Assembly: GCA_000934665.2 (NCBI GenBank)
Contig: KZ538174.1
Location: 1-64,000 of the forward strand
Origin: Catajapyx aquilonaris
Lineage: Eukaryota
DNA length: 64,000 nt
Reading direction: 5' to 3'
How positions within the stretch are numbered: position 1 is the first letter of the stretch; every line of letters starts with the position of its first letter. The notes under the pieces are model-generated. The model had not been told where the DNA came from. It did not search any database and saw nothing but the letters and a program-made list of their open reading frames with translations. Shown in pieces: positions 1 to 13,713 of the stretch. The position numbers were made by a program, and so were the translations under genes.

Positions 1-257
1 TTGGATGTGGGTTTCACATATATTTTTTTCAAAAAAATCGATGACTATGACCTGACACCTTTTTTCACTCACTGGCTGATCTGAAATGGAACCACCCTTC
101 TGCAAACTTATACTCTTATGTATCTAAAAAAAATCTATGCGACACAATTAAGAAAATTTAATACTTTTTGTGGACCTTTATTAGAATCCACTTTAGTTTG
201 CCAATCGATCGATTTTTGCAAGAAGTACCTTACGTGTCTTATGTTTTAGTGCCTTAC

Positions 258-3022
258 CTGAGTATAATTGACATCATACATCTTACATTGGTTATACACT
301 TCCTTTCCATCGCGCAATTCTCGTGGAATGGAGAGTCGTTTCTGATCTTCTTCATCTAAACCGATCCCGTCAAATTCGGGTACATGGCACCAATGTGGAG
401 CGTCAGTAGTCAAAAACACCTGAAGAAAAGTGTAACTTACACATTTGTGCGATGGTTCAGTTTTAAATAAATAAGGTTACGTCTGGTTTGTGCACTACGA
501 GCAAATAAATGTTTGGTACAGGCTAACATTATTGATCACTGTCCTACAAGATAGCCTACTGGTTGTGAGAAACATGTGCACCCAGGAAAGGGAAACAAAT
601 AAAAAAGCTGTCCACGTCTAGCTTATTTTTTGCTCTTGACTTCCACCCTTAATAATCATTAAGCCCACTGTCAAGGTAAGGAAGTAACGCTGTGCCACGC
701 CTCCCTCTCCTCATTGACAGTGTCACGTTCAAGTGACAACCTATGCATCCAATCCGTTATTTATTCCTGCTGATTGATTTCTGCGTTTGTGAAAGAGTGC
801 TCGCTATTGAATGGTGAGTCACTTGAATGGAAATCAAATTACCAAGCGAAATGTCATTGATGGAGGCCAAGTACGTCGAGCTGGTATTGGTTAACCACAA
901 TGTGACGGACCGTGACTTGGGGGCGGGGGCGGGGGGAGGTTGTCGGCAGACTAAAAAATATCACGTTCGAAAGTAGCATAATTAATATGTAGTATCTAAG
1001 TGTGTATATAGTTTACAGTAGCGAGTAGAAAAATTTGTCGCCGAAGTTATCAATATTGTCAAGTTCAGATCCCCCCCCCCGTCAGGCACGCCATTATGTT
1101 CATATCGCGACAATCTCCTATAACAAAGGCACGAATTGTTAAATATACGCTTTGTCATGTTACAAAATAAATCAACAGACAATATTAAATAGGGTATGCG
1201 AGAAGAGCAAATAGGCTAAGTGTTGAAATATTTGTTTTCATTTTTATTTGGTCTAACAAATGCATCTTCTCGTGTATTTATGTCGGCCTATACCCTATAC
1301 TGCCTATAGGATGTCGTCGCTAACAGTACGACCGAATTACGATCCAGAAAACCAAGCCTACAGAAATTATGTTCGAGCATGTTTTATCGTAAGGTACAAG
1401 TTACCATGAAATTGACCTAGATTCGTCCTTCAAGGTTAAAAACTGACATGCTGCCTTACGTTACTGTATACGGTTCTTTATTGCGCAAAACACATTCTCC
1501 CGAAGGTAAGCCTAACCGCATCGATATTGTTTAGTCCAAACAGATAACGTTGAACGATTCATCATTAGGGCACAAATGGATGATGAGCATTTACTTTACA
1601 CGACGCATTGATTTGCTAGAACTGACTAGGCCATGTCTTTCAACCATAGCATTTCCAATAATATCCTAGTCGGTAGCAAGTACTGTATGTGAGATCAACT
1701 CATAATTCAGAATACCAGCTAGGGAATAACTTCTAACGTGTTTCTAAATGAGACTTTTGATTCACACTCATACCCTCTTCCCATATCTCGCCCTATATAG
1801 TCTAGGAGTAGCTTTTTCCACCTTTATCCCGTGAATAGCGACATGTTTACTTAGGGCCGGTTTCACCGAGCTCAGTATATGATAAAACCAGGGTTTTTTT
1901 TTTTTTTTTTCAAAATCCCTATCTATTTGTATGGGATTTTCCTGAAGAAACCTGGTTTTATCATATACCAAGCTCGGTGAAACCGGCCCTTATAGCATGA
2001 CATTTCGCGCCGGTTTATTACTACATAGTTCTAACTCCTATTTTGAGAAAACGTGACGTAAGAGGTGCACCTACTTCTAACTCCATCGGCCTATCCAAAA
2101 AACTGGTCAGGATGCATTTCGCCGGTTTATTACTACATAGTTCTAACTCCAAGTAGTGACTTAAGAGGTGCAACTCCACATTGCCACTTTTCGTTAGTGT
2201 TATGAAGTTCTAACTCGGGAGTTAGACTTTTGTGATTCTGAAAAAATTCAAATTTGGTGATTTAAAAGGTTCTAACTCCACCATTGTTGCTGCTGTTACA
2301 GACAACGACAATGACATTGGCACAGTGAAACACAAAATATGAGTAGGGTATGTAAGCCACAGTATTGCAAAAATTAACTCATTACGTTTGAATGTTCATG
2401 GTCTAATTGTTGTACTGTGCAAACTTTGGATTCAAATATCTCCGCTTCATCAAAAGTGGAGTTAGAACTATGTAGTAATGAACCGGCGTAATATGCTTAT
2501 TACTTACCTTTTACAGCGTGTAACTCTCATCCAATGGGAGGGCCCACCATGCCTACACTTCTCCCTAATGAACTACACGATCGTCATGAATTTCTGAAAA
2601 CCTATTTAATAGTCTACTGGCTGAAAAGTACTATGCCTGATAAAATATAGGTTTTGACAGACTTATCGTAACAAGCTGAGCTGTTGGCTTTGTGGATCAA
2701 GCAAAGAAACATTGCATAAATATTATACAGTAACTGTTGTATAACATAACTGACACAGATATGGGAATCGGTTACTGCGGGGGGGGGGNTGGGGGGGTGT
2801 CTCGAAATAATTGAACATCCCTGTATTAATTCTGTCGAATTGCGTAAGTAAGAAGACTAATACACCGTGCCTAAATAAAAATTTGAAAGGTTACTGTACC
2901 TGAGAGAGGTAGACCCATCCCAGGAAAATGTTGAACAGAATCGAGTAGGTGAAGAGAAGCTTTTGAAATCGACCAAATCCACCTACAATAGGCAGAATGT
3001 CGTCTAGATCTTCGTAGAGCAT
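258..3022 (-). CDS. SLC22 / organic cation transporter-like protein (Orct/CarT-like), first two coding exons; gene continues beyond the left edge
   Basis: Exon 3022-2900 encodes MLYEDLDDILPIVGGFGRFQKLLFTYSILFNIFLGWVYLSQ and exon 419-258 encodes VFLTTDAPHWCHVPEFDGIGLDEEDQKRLSIPRELRDGKEVYNQCKMYDVNYTQ. Both have GT/AG boundaries in phase 0. The 'DDIL..VG.FGRFQ' start and the 'HWC.VP...LSIP...C.MYDVNYT' loop are typical of the SLC22 N-terminus. A probable 5'UTR splice acceptor lies near 3168. Confidence 0.9.
1854..1989. mobile_element. PIF/Harbinger (Tourist-like) MITE, 136 bp
   Basis: TIRs GGGCCGGTTTCACCGAGCT...AGCTCGGTGAAACCGGCCC; TTA on both flanks (1851-1853, 1990-1992). Confidence 0.8.
2008..2488. 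mobile_element. MITE with ~30-bp TIRs and internal TTCTAACTCC repeats
   Basis: CGCCGGTTTATTACTACATAGTTCTAACTCC at 2008 (repeated at ~2118) and its reverse complement at 2458-2488. Confidence 0.65.
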
Positions 3023-4840
3023 CTTGATGTAAATTACAAGAGTCCAGATTCCTTCCAAATCGACGTGACTTCTGAACTACAGAAGTGCACTGCGACAGTC
3101 AATCTATACTGCAGCACACATCAATTTTGCAGTTAAGGCTCTTTCGAGCCACATGTATTTTTCAACCTGAAACAAGAAGATCAAAACATGACAGTACCAG
3201 TAGTATGGACCGTAGTTTCCACTTTTATCCAGAAAAATATAGTCCATCCTCTTATCACATATATATAGCACTACGTCTCCTCCTACGTCCACAAAACATC
3301 ATGTAGCAAATATATCGCAATATGGACAACTCACTAAAACTCACATGACACAGACTCTGCTAAATGCACCTTGGGATGTATGAAGCCCAGCCATGCAGGT
3401 GTAAAGTACAGCTCCATAAAATACTACCTGCTGCAATCCATCCGCACAAACATACGCGGAAAATTGATAAGCTAGTTCATATATGTAATCGACTAAGTTA
3501 TCTATGTTCTAGGTCATGGTTTTTTTTTATCGCAGTATTCCTGCACACCGGTATCCAGTTAATTCTACATAGACTCACCCTGATAGTTCAAACGAAAAGT
3601 GATCAATTATTGCACCTTTGACTTCTTTCGTCATCGTCAGATAAAAAGAAAACACTGTATCGATACACCAATGGCGATCACTCTTTTTCTGGAACCTCGA
3701 CCTTCAAACTATGCAGGTACATCTGGTCCTCTTAGCACCTGGTACCTTATTCTTATACGAGAAAGCTGTACCCCCTCCCCCCAATCCACCTTCTCATCCC
3801 ACACGCCCACTAGCACTTCGCCTATTCGCTTCTGAGCAGCTACAATACATAAGTCAGCCTTATTACTATCAGACGTTGTCAAAGACTAGTTGGAATTCAT
3901 GTACGCCATCATCCCTGCATCGGTAATTAATTTCTTTTATCCGCATGGAGATGATAGATTGATATTGAATGGGGAATACATAATATCTGGTGATGTAACG
4001 GTATTCATGTTTATGAAAGTAAATGGATGTGGTTAAATCTGGAAATTTTACTTCCGGTACGTTATGTAGTGGTGGCAAATTGCACTGCGACGGCATCGTC
4101 AAACCTGCAACTCACAACCACTATGAGAATTCATTACGACCGTAATACATTACGGCGACACGCAGTGCATTGCTTTTCCAAATAATGTTGAATAATCACT
4201 CGCGTTATATAACATTCAAATTACTTCTTGCAACATAAGTGGACAACAATACCGAGAATACTAACAAGTTCCTAATATAGAGGTGGAATTAGCGAGCTTT
4301 ACAATGACTTGGCCATGACAATGACGATAGAAAATAATAACAACGGATGTCATATGTCCATGTTATTATAAACCCGTTACTGGCATCTACCCTCCAAAAC
4401 TTGCCAATAATTCTTAGCATTTGTCATGAGAATTATTATTTTTGGAGTAAAAATGGGTGATGAAAATAACTACTTTTGATACCGATAGTTTCCAAAATAT
4501 TGTAGTTCAAATCTTCTGCAGCCTACCGTAAGTTGAGGCATTTGTAACATCTTATTTGTCTTGAGAGATAACTTTTATATCATGAAATAGCGAATAACTA
4601 TATTGCAGATTATATCAGCGTGACGCAAACGTAGAGTTCCTTTTTTTTCCAGCCCCTCCATATCTGAATCAGGAGGTCATTTATATTTCAAGTGAAGTAA
4701 GCTCAGGAGAAAGTCTAAGTTTCACATCAATACTGTGACGTAATCACTGTACCGAGTTCAGATTTGGCATAATATTATAAATTCCAGTATTTGCGCGGTC
4801 GTAAGAAATTCACTTGCCTGTGTTGAAAAATATGGCAGTA

Positions 4841-5187
4841 CAGGTAGCCCCCGTTTTACAACGGTTCATTTTGTGACGTTTCACAATCATACTTTTCAAA
4901 ATTACCAGTTGAAGAAAGTAAAAGCTAGCCAAAATTGCAAATAACAAATAAAATCGAGGCAGTAACACATCGCTGCAACGCCCGTGAATCTAAAAAATCA
5001 TGCTGTTGTTTATTGGTGCATTGTGGCAGGGTCTCTAGATAAATACAGTACTGCATTATTGGTCTTTGCACTCCCCCGAACTACTGTATATCCGTTGTTA
5101 TAATACTGTACATAAATTAAAATTTGGTCTCGTTTTACGGTCATGTTTCACTGGAACCTAACCGTCGTAAAACCGGAGGGCTGCCTG
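4841..5187. mobile_element. pogo/Tigger-like MITE
   Basis: TA|CAGGTAGCCCCCGTTTTAC ... GTAAAACCGGAGGGCTGCCTG|TA. Confidence 0.7.
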
Positions 5188-5865
5188 TATTGCTATTGAA
5201 CAGCGCAGGAAACTACACTTCAATCTTTTTAACATTTTTGTTGTCGCCATTGTTGTCATTTCTGTGGTTGACTTGCTTATTAATGAAAACCTTACACTGC
5301 TTACAGTAATGAGCTAATGATGTAAGTCCGGCCTTTAAAAGTCAGACTATAATGTGTTTACATGGTAATACAGTTTATTGGAACATTGTTGGTTTCATGC
5401 AACCTCAGATAATTATGTGACATGATCATCAAGTTTAAATTTTATTTTGTCAAACATCATATGACATGAATATTAAGTTTAAGATTAAATATAGTAGTCT
5501 AAAGCTGATACAGCTAATGAATACCTTTTCAACGTTTTTCCAGAGAAGTAGGCCTACAGAAATTTAGGGCAAGCCATGCAGACACTATATTAACCCATTT
5601 GTTCCCAGTGTCCTATATACTTATACATATAGGACGGTTGGGGGGAAAAAATATTTCTCGACGTTGTGCATATACTGTAAATCACAGAAGAAGCAAGCTG
5701 AACCACTTCATGAAAGTTTAATCTATAGTGGGAGAATGCAGATACATCACATTTCAGTGATTGAATCAGCCACAAATACAAGTTGAATGTTGGGATTTGC
5801 CAATTTCAGAACTGGCGCGACTGAGTAATTATTTCCTTGAATTATAAATACTTCTATAGCTTTGA

Positions 5866-6210
5866 CGGGGAGACGGAGTGGCGCCGCGGTAACGTGCGCG
5901 CCCACGGATGTTAAGGTCCCGGGTTCGATCCCAACCCGGGGACACCCCCTTCATCTCGTGCAGAGTTCAAGGGTCACCTCTGGCTTCGTCTCGGGTGGTA
6001 TATCCACAGACTAAACCACCCGGGGGAGTTCACTAAAAATGGCCACATAAAGACATTGCACTGCACTTTGCACATCCCCTCCTGTCATCCTGCCCGTGGG
6101 CCCGGGCGCTTCGAATATGGCACCAGCATGTATACTTCGATTGAAATAAAGGTCCGTGCAAATACCCTCTGGGTGAGCACTAACCCAACAATTATTATTA
6201 CAATTATTAT
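5866..6210 (+). mobile_element. tRNA-derived SINE, family A
   Basis: A-box-like head, B box GGTTCGATCCC, (ATT)n-like tail, and a 17-bp TSD TACTTCTATAGCTTTGA (5849-5865 / 6211-6227). Related copies lie at ~9727 and ~29818. Confidence 0.85.
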
Positions 6211-9200
6211 TACTTCTATAGCTTTGAAAAATAAATGCGGTGTTGCAAAAAAGGTTGTGAAAAGCCACCATACCATTTTTACATTGTTGGCCCTTACGAG
6301 TGGCGAATGACAGTAAGGGAAACCATGGTGTCCTATACAATCCACTAATACTTTTGATAGCCAGTAAAGTAACTGCTTAAATTATGTAGATTAGTGCCAA
6401 CAGCCACAGAAATCGGAGAAAATAATATTTTATATCACCCTGTATATGTATAGTGAGAGTATAGTGTTACATAGTGCAACTTGGGACCCATACTTTCGAA
6501 GATGAAAAAATAGAAAGTCCTTTGAAATATTTATGAGACTCGATAATTATAATGGGCTGAAATACCTGAATTATTGGGATGTAACACGATTCCATCATTG
6601 CTACCAGCACTGCACCATTCAATGTGAGAATTATTGCCACATTGCATTGCATTTAAAGTGAAGCAATGAGTGGAGAAAAAATATATTGATTGTCCTAGCA
6701 TCCTATATATAGGACGACTTGTAACTTCTGTTGTAATTAACATTTTACGCTGAACTATTTTTTTCTATCTTAGTTTCTGCCTTCTAACGCATGACTTAAA
6801 ATATTATTTAAATGTCATAAGTAGATCAACCTTGGGAACAAATGGGTTAAATTCATATATCCTGGCAATCAACTTTTCTAATACTTAAAACTAGCACGCC
6901 AGAGCGGGGCTGTTTTACAGGTTGTAATGTCAGGAGTCTATTGTTAGAGACAAATTCTTAGTAGATAAAATAATGCAGAAATGGAAAGCCATTGTTTTTG
7001 TTGAAAGTGATGCTCACCTGGAGAAGGCAGCTGCATTCTGATGTTGCTAATTACGGAAGCACTCCTGGTATACAATGTTTTTGTTTATTCCTTTTGGAGC
7101 ATACACGAATAGGTTGCTGGGGGTTCCTATACACGTGAACATCCAACGTACAGAATTTGTCCATACGAAAAGCATGCATCATCTAATTATTGCAAACCTG
7201 CAACTGCCAATGTCTGCCCTTGGGCTTTGTTTATGGACATTGCGTTTGGCAGCAGGAGATTGTTTTAACGTGTAACGCTTCTTTGGAGGCATAGAGAAAC
7301 AGAAAACTGACAGCCGATATCTCCGACAATGCAGTTATTGAATTTCGATTATTTATTTTTTTGTTTCCTTAGGATGGCCTCAACAAAATAGTAATAAACG
7401 GTGCTTTTTGATATTGTTGGCGAATGATGGCTCAAGGAGAGGAGGTATAGAGTGTCGTGAGAGTTAGGCGCATTTTCGGAAGCTGAAACATGTGACATGA
7501 TCTTCCTCGATAAAAGTAACCCTCGGCGTGCTAGTTTACGGCGGTGTATAGGGGCAAACTTACAAACTCACAAACATCCTCAATTAATAGGCTACTATAT
7601 TAAATATTATATGTACTTCACAAGTAATACAGTCAACCTTCCGTGACACGATAAGTGAGTCGCTTACATTTACAAAGAACTAATGAATGAATGAATATTA
7701 TTAAAGAAAAACGCATGCGACGCCTGCACTCCCACGCTGAGTTGTGACTCTGCATATACCAGGTTGGCAATATTCCACATCTAACCATGTAATACAGCAC
7801 TATTATTCTGTGCTACTTGAAAAAATATAGCATCATTTTACACGCATCATACAGATACTGATAATGAAGTAAGACCCAAAGGTGTATTAGAACATTCACT
7901 AATATTTCACTAATAAATGGCAATATACCAACGAGACATGGTAAAAAACCAGTTAAGGCGAATATGTCGTAATGCTGAAATGATTCCCAGGCCAAACAAG
8001 TTTGTGATTCCTTGTACTACTGCTAAGGTAAGCCTATTTATTAGCGTGTTTAACATTGAACCACAAAATACCTTAGCAGACGGGGAGGTAGGAAGGCCAA
8101 CTGTATGAGATAGTGTAGTTTCACTATGTATATATGTTAGGCTCAAACCACGAAAACGGCCATTATTAATTAGGCGAAAAAAACGTCCAAACTGCAGAAT
8201 GCTATGCCAAACCGTCCATTCTGCAGAATGCTCCTTTTCAAATCGACAACGGGTATCCTGACAAGTATGGATACCCCCGTGCATGCCTGCATTGCTGGTT
8301 CAGGTTGCCAGAGTCAGGTGGTTGAGCAACGGTCTGGTAGTATGAGCACCTGACTCCAGCATCCAGCAATGCAGGCATGTATGGGGAGTATCCATACTTG
8401 TCATGATGGATGATGGTCGACATCTCCAAAACGGAATGTCGCAGGCCTTTCCGACCCATGCCATGCTTGTTAAATGTGCTCCTACTACCTGTATCATATT
8501 GGCAGATTTATTCGTATACAGTCTGTATACACCAATATGCAGATTCGCAAACAAGTGCTTGGATGCTGGATGCGACCATTTTCGGTATATTCTCTAGGCA
8601 GACCTGGTTTGGCAACATACAAGGTCTATTTTCATCAGGAACCATACCATAGTTCAGTAAAAAGTTATTGAGCAATGTTTGGGTTTCCATTCCAGAGAAT
8701 CATCCTGTACTAGTAGTCTCACAATTGTTTGAATCTCAAATACTACTCTAAGTGTAAAGCAATAAACAGAATTACATATAGCAACATTTTATTGTACCTT
8801 GCAATGCACTGATACAGATATGAAGGAAACATGCAAATGTTACACTTTCTTCAGTGATCACAATTAGGCCTGTATCTGGAATGTACATTTTATTTACTCA
8901 GAAGACCATCAACTCAAATTACATTAAATAATATGACATGAAATAGGATCAAGGCATCAAAGTCAGCATTAGGCCTACTTCATGGAAATTGGGATTATTC
9001 TGGGTTCAATGTAAGTACATATTAACAGGATCTACTTCTGCAATTATAAATTCACGACACTTTGGCAGTGTTGCAAAAGCCTCATTCTACCTCCTTTACA
9101 CTGTATGCACAAATGCACTTGCATACTTATGTAGTATAACTCCTTAATACAATATGAAAAGCTATTTAGAAGTTTCCAAAAGTACAGAAGGAACATACAT

Positions 9201-9367
9201 GCACACAATCATTACACACTTAATACTGTACTAAAATTACCTCAAGATTAACCAGTAGTAGCCATTGACAAAAGCAGAGCCCCTCTGCTGAACATCTCCA
9301 TCCTTATAGAGGGTGAAGGGATTCTCGCCGACAATCGCCAGGTAGACTGATAGTACTCGCATATCTA

Positions 9368-9694
9368 ATATAGGGATGTGCAAGTTGTTTTGGGTGCCCC
9401 TGCGCAGTTAATGCATATGAACCATATAAAGTGTCGAGTGTCAGATGGTAGCATATGAGGTAAACAATGACAAGTTCACGAGTGTCTCACCAGGATTCTT
9501 ACTCCAACGGGATCTGATCACCTATTGCACATGGACGATGAGTTACAGCTACAAGGCCGGATTATTCGGAGGTCCTCCAACTGACTTTTGCTTTTTTGAA
9601 GCTGGCGGAATGGATGTGACGTCACAAAACTTTCAAGGCGCCGTACCCATTAACTATGCAACGGCACCCAAAACTAATCGCACATCCCTATATT
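9368..9694. mobile_element. MITE nested in the array
   Basis: TIRs TATAGGGATGTGC...TTTTGGGTGCC / GGCACCCAAAA...GCACATCCCTATA. Confidence 0.65.
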
Positions 9695-9726
9695 AGTTTT
9701 ACAAGTTAGTACTATTAGTCTACTTA

Positions 9727-10067
9727 AGAGGAGACGGAGTGGCGCTGCGGAAACGTATGCGCCCACGGATGCTAGGGTCCCGGGTTCGATCCCAGCCCGG
9801 GGTCACCCCCCTCATCTCATGCAGAGTTAGGTTGTCTCTGGCTTCGTCTTGGGTGGAATCTCTAACAGACTAATCCACCTGGGGCAGTTCACAAAATGAG
9901 CAAGCAACGACATTGCACTAGCACCTTGCGCATTCCCTTCCAGTCACCCTGCCTGTGGGCTCAGGTGTTTCGCTAAAAAGGTTCCGGCATTCCGCTACGT
10001 ACGAAATGAACTAATGGCTAACAATAAAGGTCCGTGCGTATACCCAAGGGTGAAAGCACTACCCACA

Positions 10068-10130
<63 letters not shown>
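9727..10130 (+). mobile_element. tRNA-derived SINE, family A, with a long (ATT)n tail
   Basis: Clearly similar to 5866-6210; B box GGTTCGATCCC. Confidence 0.85.
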
Positions 10131-10131
<1 letters not shown>

Positions 10132-11387
10132 GTAGTAGTAGTAGGCTATTATCAGGCTACCTGGCAATTGTCAGTGAGAATCCCTTCACCCTGTATAGAA
10201 ACTTCTAAAGAAATCCCTACAAATTTAAAAAAAGACTATTTTATGGATAATATTCACTTTGGGGGGGGGGGGGGTATCAAAGAAGACAGATGAGGAGTTG
10301 TACAACTACCTCCCCATAATGATCTAAATGCACAAAATAAGTACATATATGAATAATACATTGTCATGTGCACATAATGCACATAAAAACCTCATCAATT
10401 CACTGTAGGCTACAGATAACAAATGGTACACTTATCATTGCTCCTTGTGTGGGTGTGCAAAACAGTACCATTTGTGTGTACTAGCCTTTTGACAAAGTCA
10501 CTCTTGCAAGTCATGTCTCCAAAGTAATGCCCTATGCTCAGAAAAATGACACGATAATTTAATTCACACTATACTAAACATAATCTCAATATTAATAAAT
10601 AGCAGCCATTTACAAAAGCAAAGCACCGCTACTGAACATCTCCACCATTATACAGGGTGTATACGAATTCATCACCAATATGGTATGGGTGGCAGGGGTG
10701 CTTATGGAAGAAGCATGGCATGGATCTGAAAGGTTGGTGACAACGTTGACGTCGACAATGTCTATCCTGACAAGTATGGATACCCCTGCACGTCTGACTT
10801 GCTGGTTGCCGGGCCAGGACATACTTGACAGGACAGGCATCGTCAACATCAATGGTTGACATCTCATAGGAGTAGCTTCAACAGCCTTTCGGATCCATGC
10901 CATGCCTCTTCCATATGCAGGCCCTATTGCTGTATCATTTGGCAGATGAATTTGTGAAGACACTGTATAGGGACTTTTGAAGAAATCGCTACCAATAAAA
11001 AAACCTACTTTATGAATAATACTCAAGTTTTATGGGGTACCAGTGTCAAAGAAGACAGGACTAGAACATTTACCTCCATACGAAATAATTATCAAAGCGG
11101 AGAAAATAAATAAATGAATAATACATTGTCTTGTGCACATAAAAACCTCACCATTTCACTACCTATCATTGCTCCTGGTGTGGATGTGCAAGAGAGTACC
11201 ATTTGTGTGTACTAGCCTCATGACAGTGCCACTCATATGAATCACGTCTCCCAATTAATGCCCTACACTAAGAGAAGGGACACTAACAATTCACCCTAGA
11301 CTAAACATTATCTCAATATTAACTAGTAGCAGCCAGTTACAAGAGCACAGCTACACTGCTGAACATATGCACTCTTCTACAGGGTAT

Positions 11388-11820
11388 ACAGGGTGTTCGT
11401 GAACCGACCAGTCAGACCTGTACCCGTGGCTCAATTGACACCAGAGGATCATGTTATGTAGAGGAGTCATTATGTCTGGGCAGCCTCATTACTGAGAGAA
11501 TTGATCATTTGCGATTTAGCGATTGGGCCTAAGAGTGATTGTCGTAGATTGTCACAGATTGTCCCAGATTGTCACAGATCACATGCGACATGCTAGTAGC
11601 CAAAAATGGAAAAGCTGCTATTTTCACCCGTGATATGATTTCGGGGCTGAAGGTTTCCATCCCTCCCAGGATACTTTGTACCAATTTGTACTTGTACTTT
11701 GGAGGCAATTATCTCAGTAATGAGGCTGCCCAGACATAATGACTCCTCTACATAACATGATCCTCTGGTGTTAATGGAGCCACGGGTACAGGTCTGACTG
11801 GTCGGTTCACGAACACCTTG
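11388..11820. mobile_element. mariner-type MITE (same family as 59687-60145)
   Basis: TA|CAGGGTGTTCGTGAACCGACCAGTCAGACC... with ~120-bp inverted arms; a near-identical family member lies at ~59690. Confidence 0.8.
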
Positions 11821-12889
11821 TATACAATTTCATCTGCCAATATGATCGGTAGTAGGGGGTGCGTATAGAAGAGGCATGCATGGGTCCAAAAGGCTGTCAA
11901 CGAACTGTTTAGGAGATGCCAACATTTGACATTGAGGACGTCTATCCTTACATCATCATAATCATCATATTCATCACGGCTTTTCCCCCCAAAAAATTGG
12001 GATGCCAGCGGATAACGAGGAGTGGATAGTGCATGACTGTAACTCTGGTTTCTGGGGCCAAGGGCTTGCACTCCCAAACCATGGCTCAGCCAGCCCTGCG
12101 TAGCAAGCAGCAATGTAGGCATGTGCTGAGGTATCCATACCTGTCAGGATAGAGTGACATGGTCAATGTCAAGATTGTCACCAGCCATTTGGAGCTATGA
12201 TGTGCTTCTTCCAGATGCATTCCCTACCATGCATTCCATTTTGACATATTTATTCATATAGGCCCAGTATATGGACTTTTGAAGAAATCACTACCAATTT
12301 CTTAAAAAACATATTTTATGAATAATTCTCATGTGTTTTTTTTGGTATCAAAGATGACAGGAGTTGAACATTTACATTCATACAAAATGATCAATATGAA
12401 GAAAATAAGAAACTTAATACATTGTCTTGTCTAAATAATGCACATAAAAACATCACCATTTCACTGTACAGATAACACAACAATGGCACTCATATGAGTC
12501 ATGCCTCCAAATTAATCCCTTACACCAAAAAAAAGGACACAATAATTTAATTCACACTGTACTAAACATAATCTCAATATTAACCCGTAGAAGCCATTTA
12601 CAAACGCACGGTCCTCAGCACTGGTGAACATCTCCACACACCCTTACATATGAACTTCTTAAAAAATATCTATGGGTGTTTAAAAGGACTAAATTTATAA
12701 ATGACATTAGGGATTTTAAAGTGGATCAAAGAAAACAGAAGAGGAGTTGAACAATATCCTATACACAATTATCAAAATGTTTAAAAAAGAAGTTAATGAA
12801 TAACACAATCATTGCCTTGTGCGCATAACGCACATAAAAACTTAACAAGCACTGCTTATGTGGCACTTCCTAAGTGGACTAATATGAAA

Positions 12890-13706
12890 AACATGAATAT
12901 TGCTGAACCTGACCAATAGCTGATGAAGCATGGGCAGTAGCACAGTACAGATATAGCTTGCATTCAGCCAAGATACAATAAAAGGCGAAGCAGAAAATGG
13001 TAGTGTTGGGCATTAATTGAGGCAGTACCTATCTATCTCCACATACAGACGCCAGCTATGTCACCAGACTCACACAAATCAGTTTTGCAGGTATCGTACA
13101 CCTGTCACATAATAGTCAACAATGTAACCACAATGTAAATGAATCTTTGTCCTAGGTTTTGCAAAATGTGGATATGGCAGCCTCCAAAGTGGATTAGTCT
13201 GAATAACATGAATATTCCCGAACCTGACCAATAGAGGAGATGATGAAGCATGGGCAGTTGCACAGATATAGCTTGCTTTCAACCAAGATAATGATAAAAG
13301 GTGAACCGAAAATAGTACCAGGCATTCCAATCTCTGCATGTGGACGTCAGCTATGTAACCAGACTAACCACTATTCAGTTTTGCAGGTACTGTATGCCTG
13401 CCACATAATACTCAACAAACTAGCTTGCGTTCAACCAAGATACAATAAAAGGCGAAGCAGAAAATGGTAGTGTTGGGCATTAATTGATGCAGTACCTAAC
13501 TATCATCTCCACATACGGACGTCAGCTATGTCACCAGACTAACCACTATTCAGTTTTGCAGGTAGTGTATGCCTGACACATAATACTCAACAAACTAGCT
13601 TGCGTTCAACCATGATACAATAAAAGGCGAAGCAGAAAATGGTAGTGTTGGGCATTAATTGATGCAGTACCTATCAATCATCTCCACATACGGACGTCAG
13701 CTATGT
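12890..13706. repeat. Tandem repeat with a ~177-bp unit (about 4 copies, the last two nearly identical)
   Basis: CTAGCTTGCGTTCAACCA.GATACAATAAAAGGCGAAGCAGAAAATGG recurs at 13419 and 13596; more diverged copies lie at ~12950 and ~13270. Confidence 0.8.
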
Positions 13707-13713
13707 CCTGGAT

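Larger units (their letters stand above)
9230..12850. repeat. Degenerate tandem array (~400-450-bp units), with a mariner-type hairpin MITE at the equivalent position in each unit
   Basis: The unit tail CTAAACATAATCTCAATATTAA...CAGCCATTTACAA...GCTGAACATCTCCA recurs at ~9230, 10575, 11301 and 12562. The unit head recurs at ~10199, 10973, 12274 and 12652. Confidence 0.75.

Noticed and set aside
3869..4102. 77-aa ORF with an acceptor-like site upstream
   Set aside because: No recognisable domain and no partner exon could be linked.
5866..5945. tRNA-like sequences with A/B boxes (also at 9730, 27385, 36765)
   Set aside because: They continue into shared SINE bodies with tails and TSDs and give no clean cloverleaf, so they are not tRNA genes.
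7917..8027. Short + strand ORF ending at a strong AAG|GTAAGC donor
   Set aside because: No downstream exon or homology was recognised.
10610..11026. 138-aa and Cys/His-rich ORFs in the tandem array
   Set aside because: They lie within palindromic MITE cassettes and their frames are not conserved between units.
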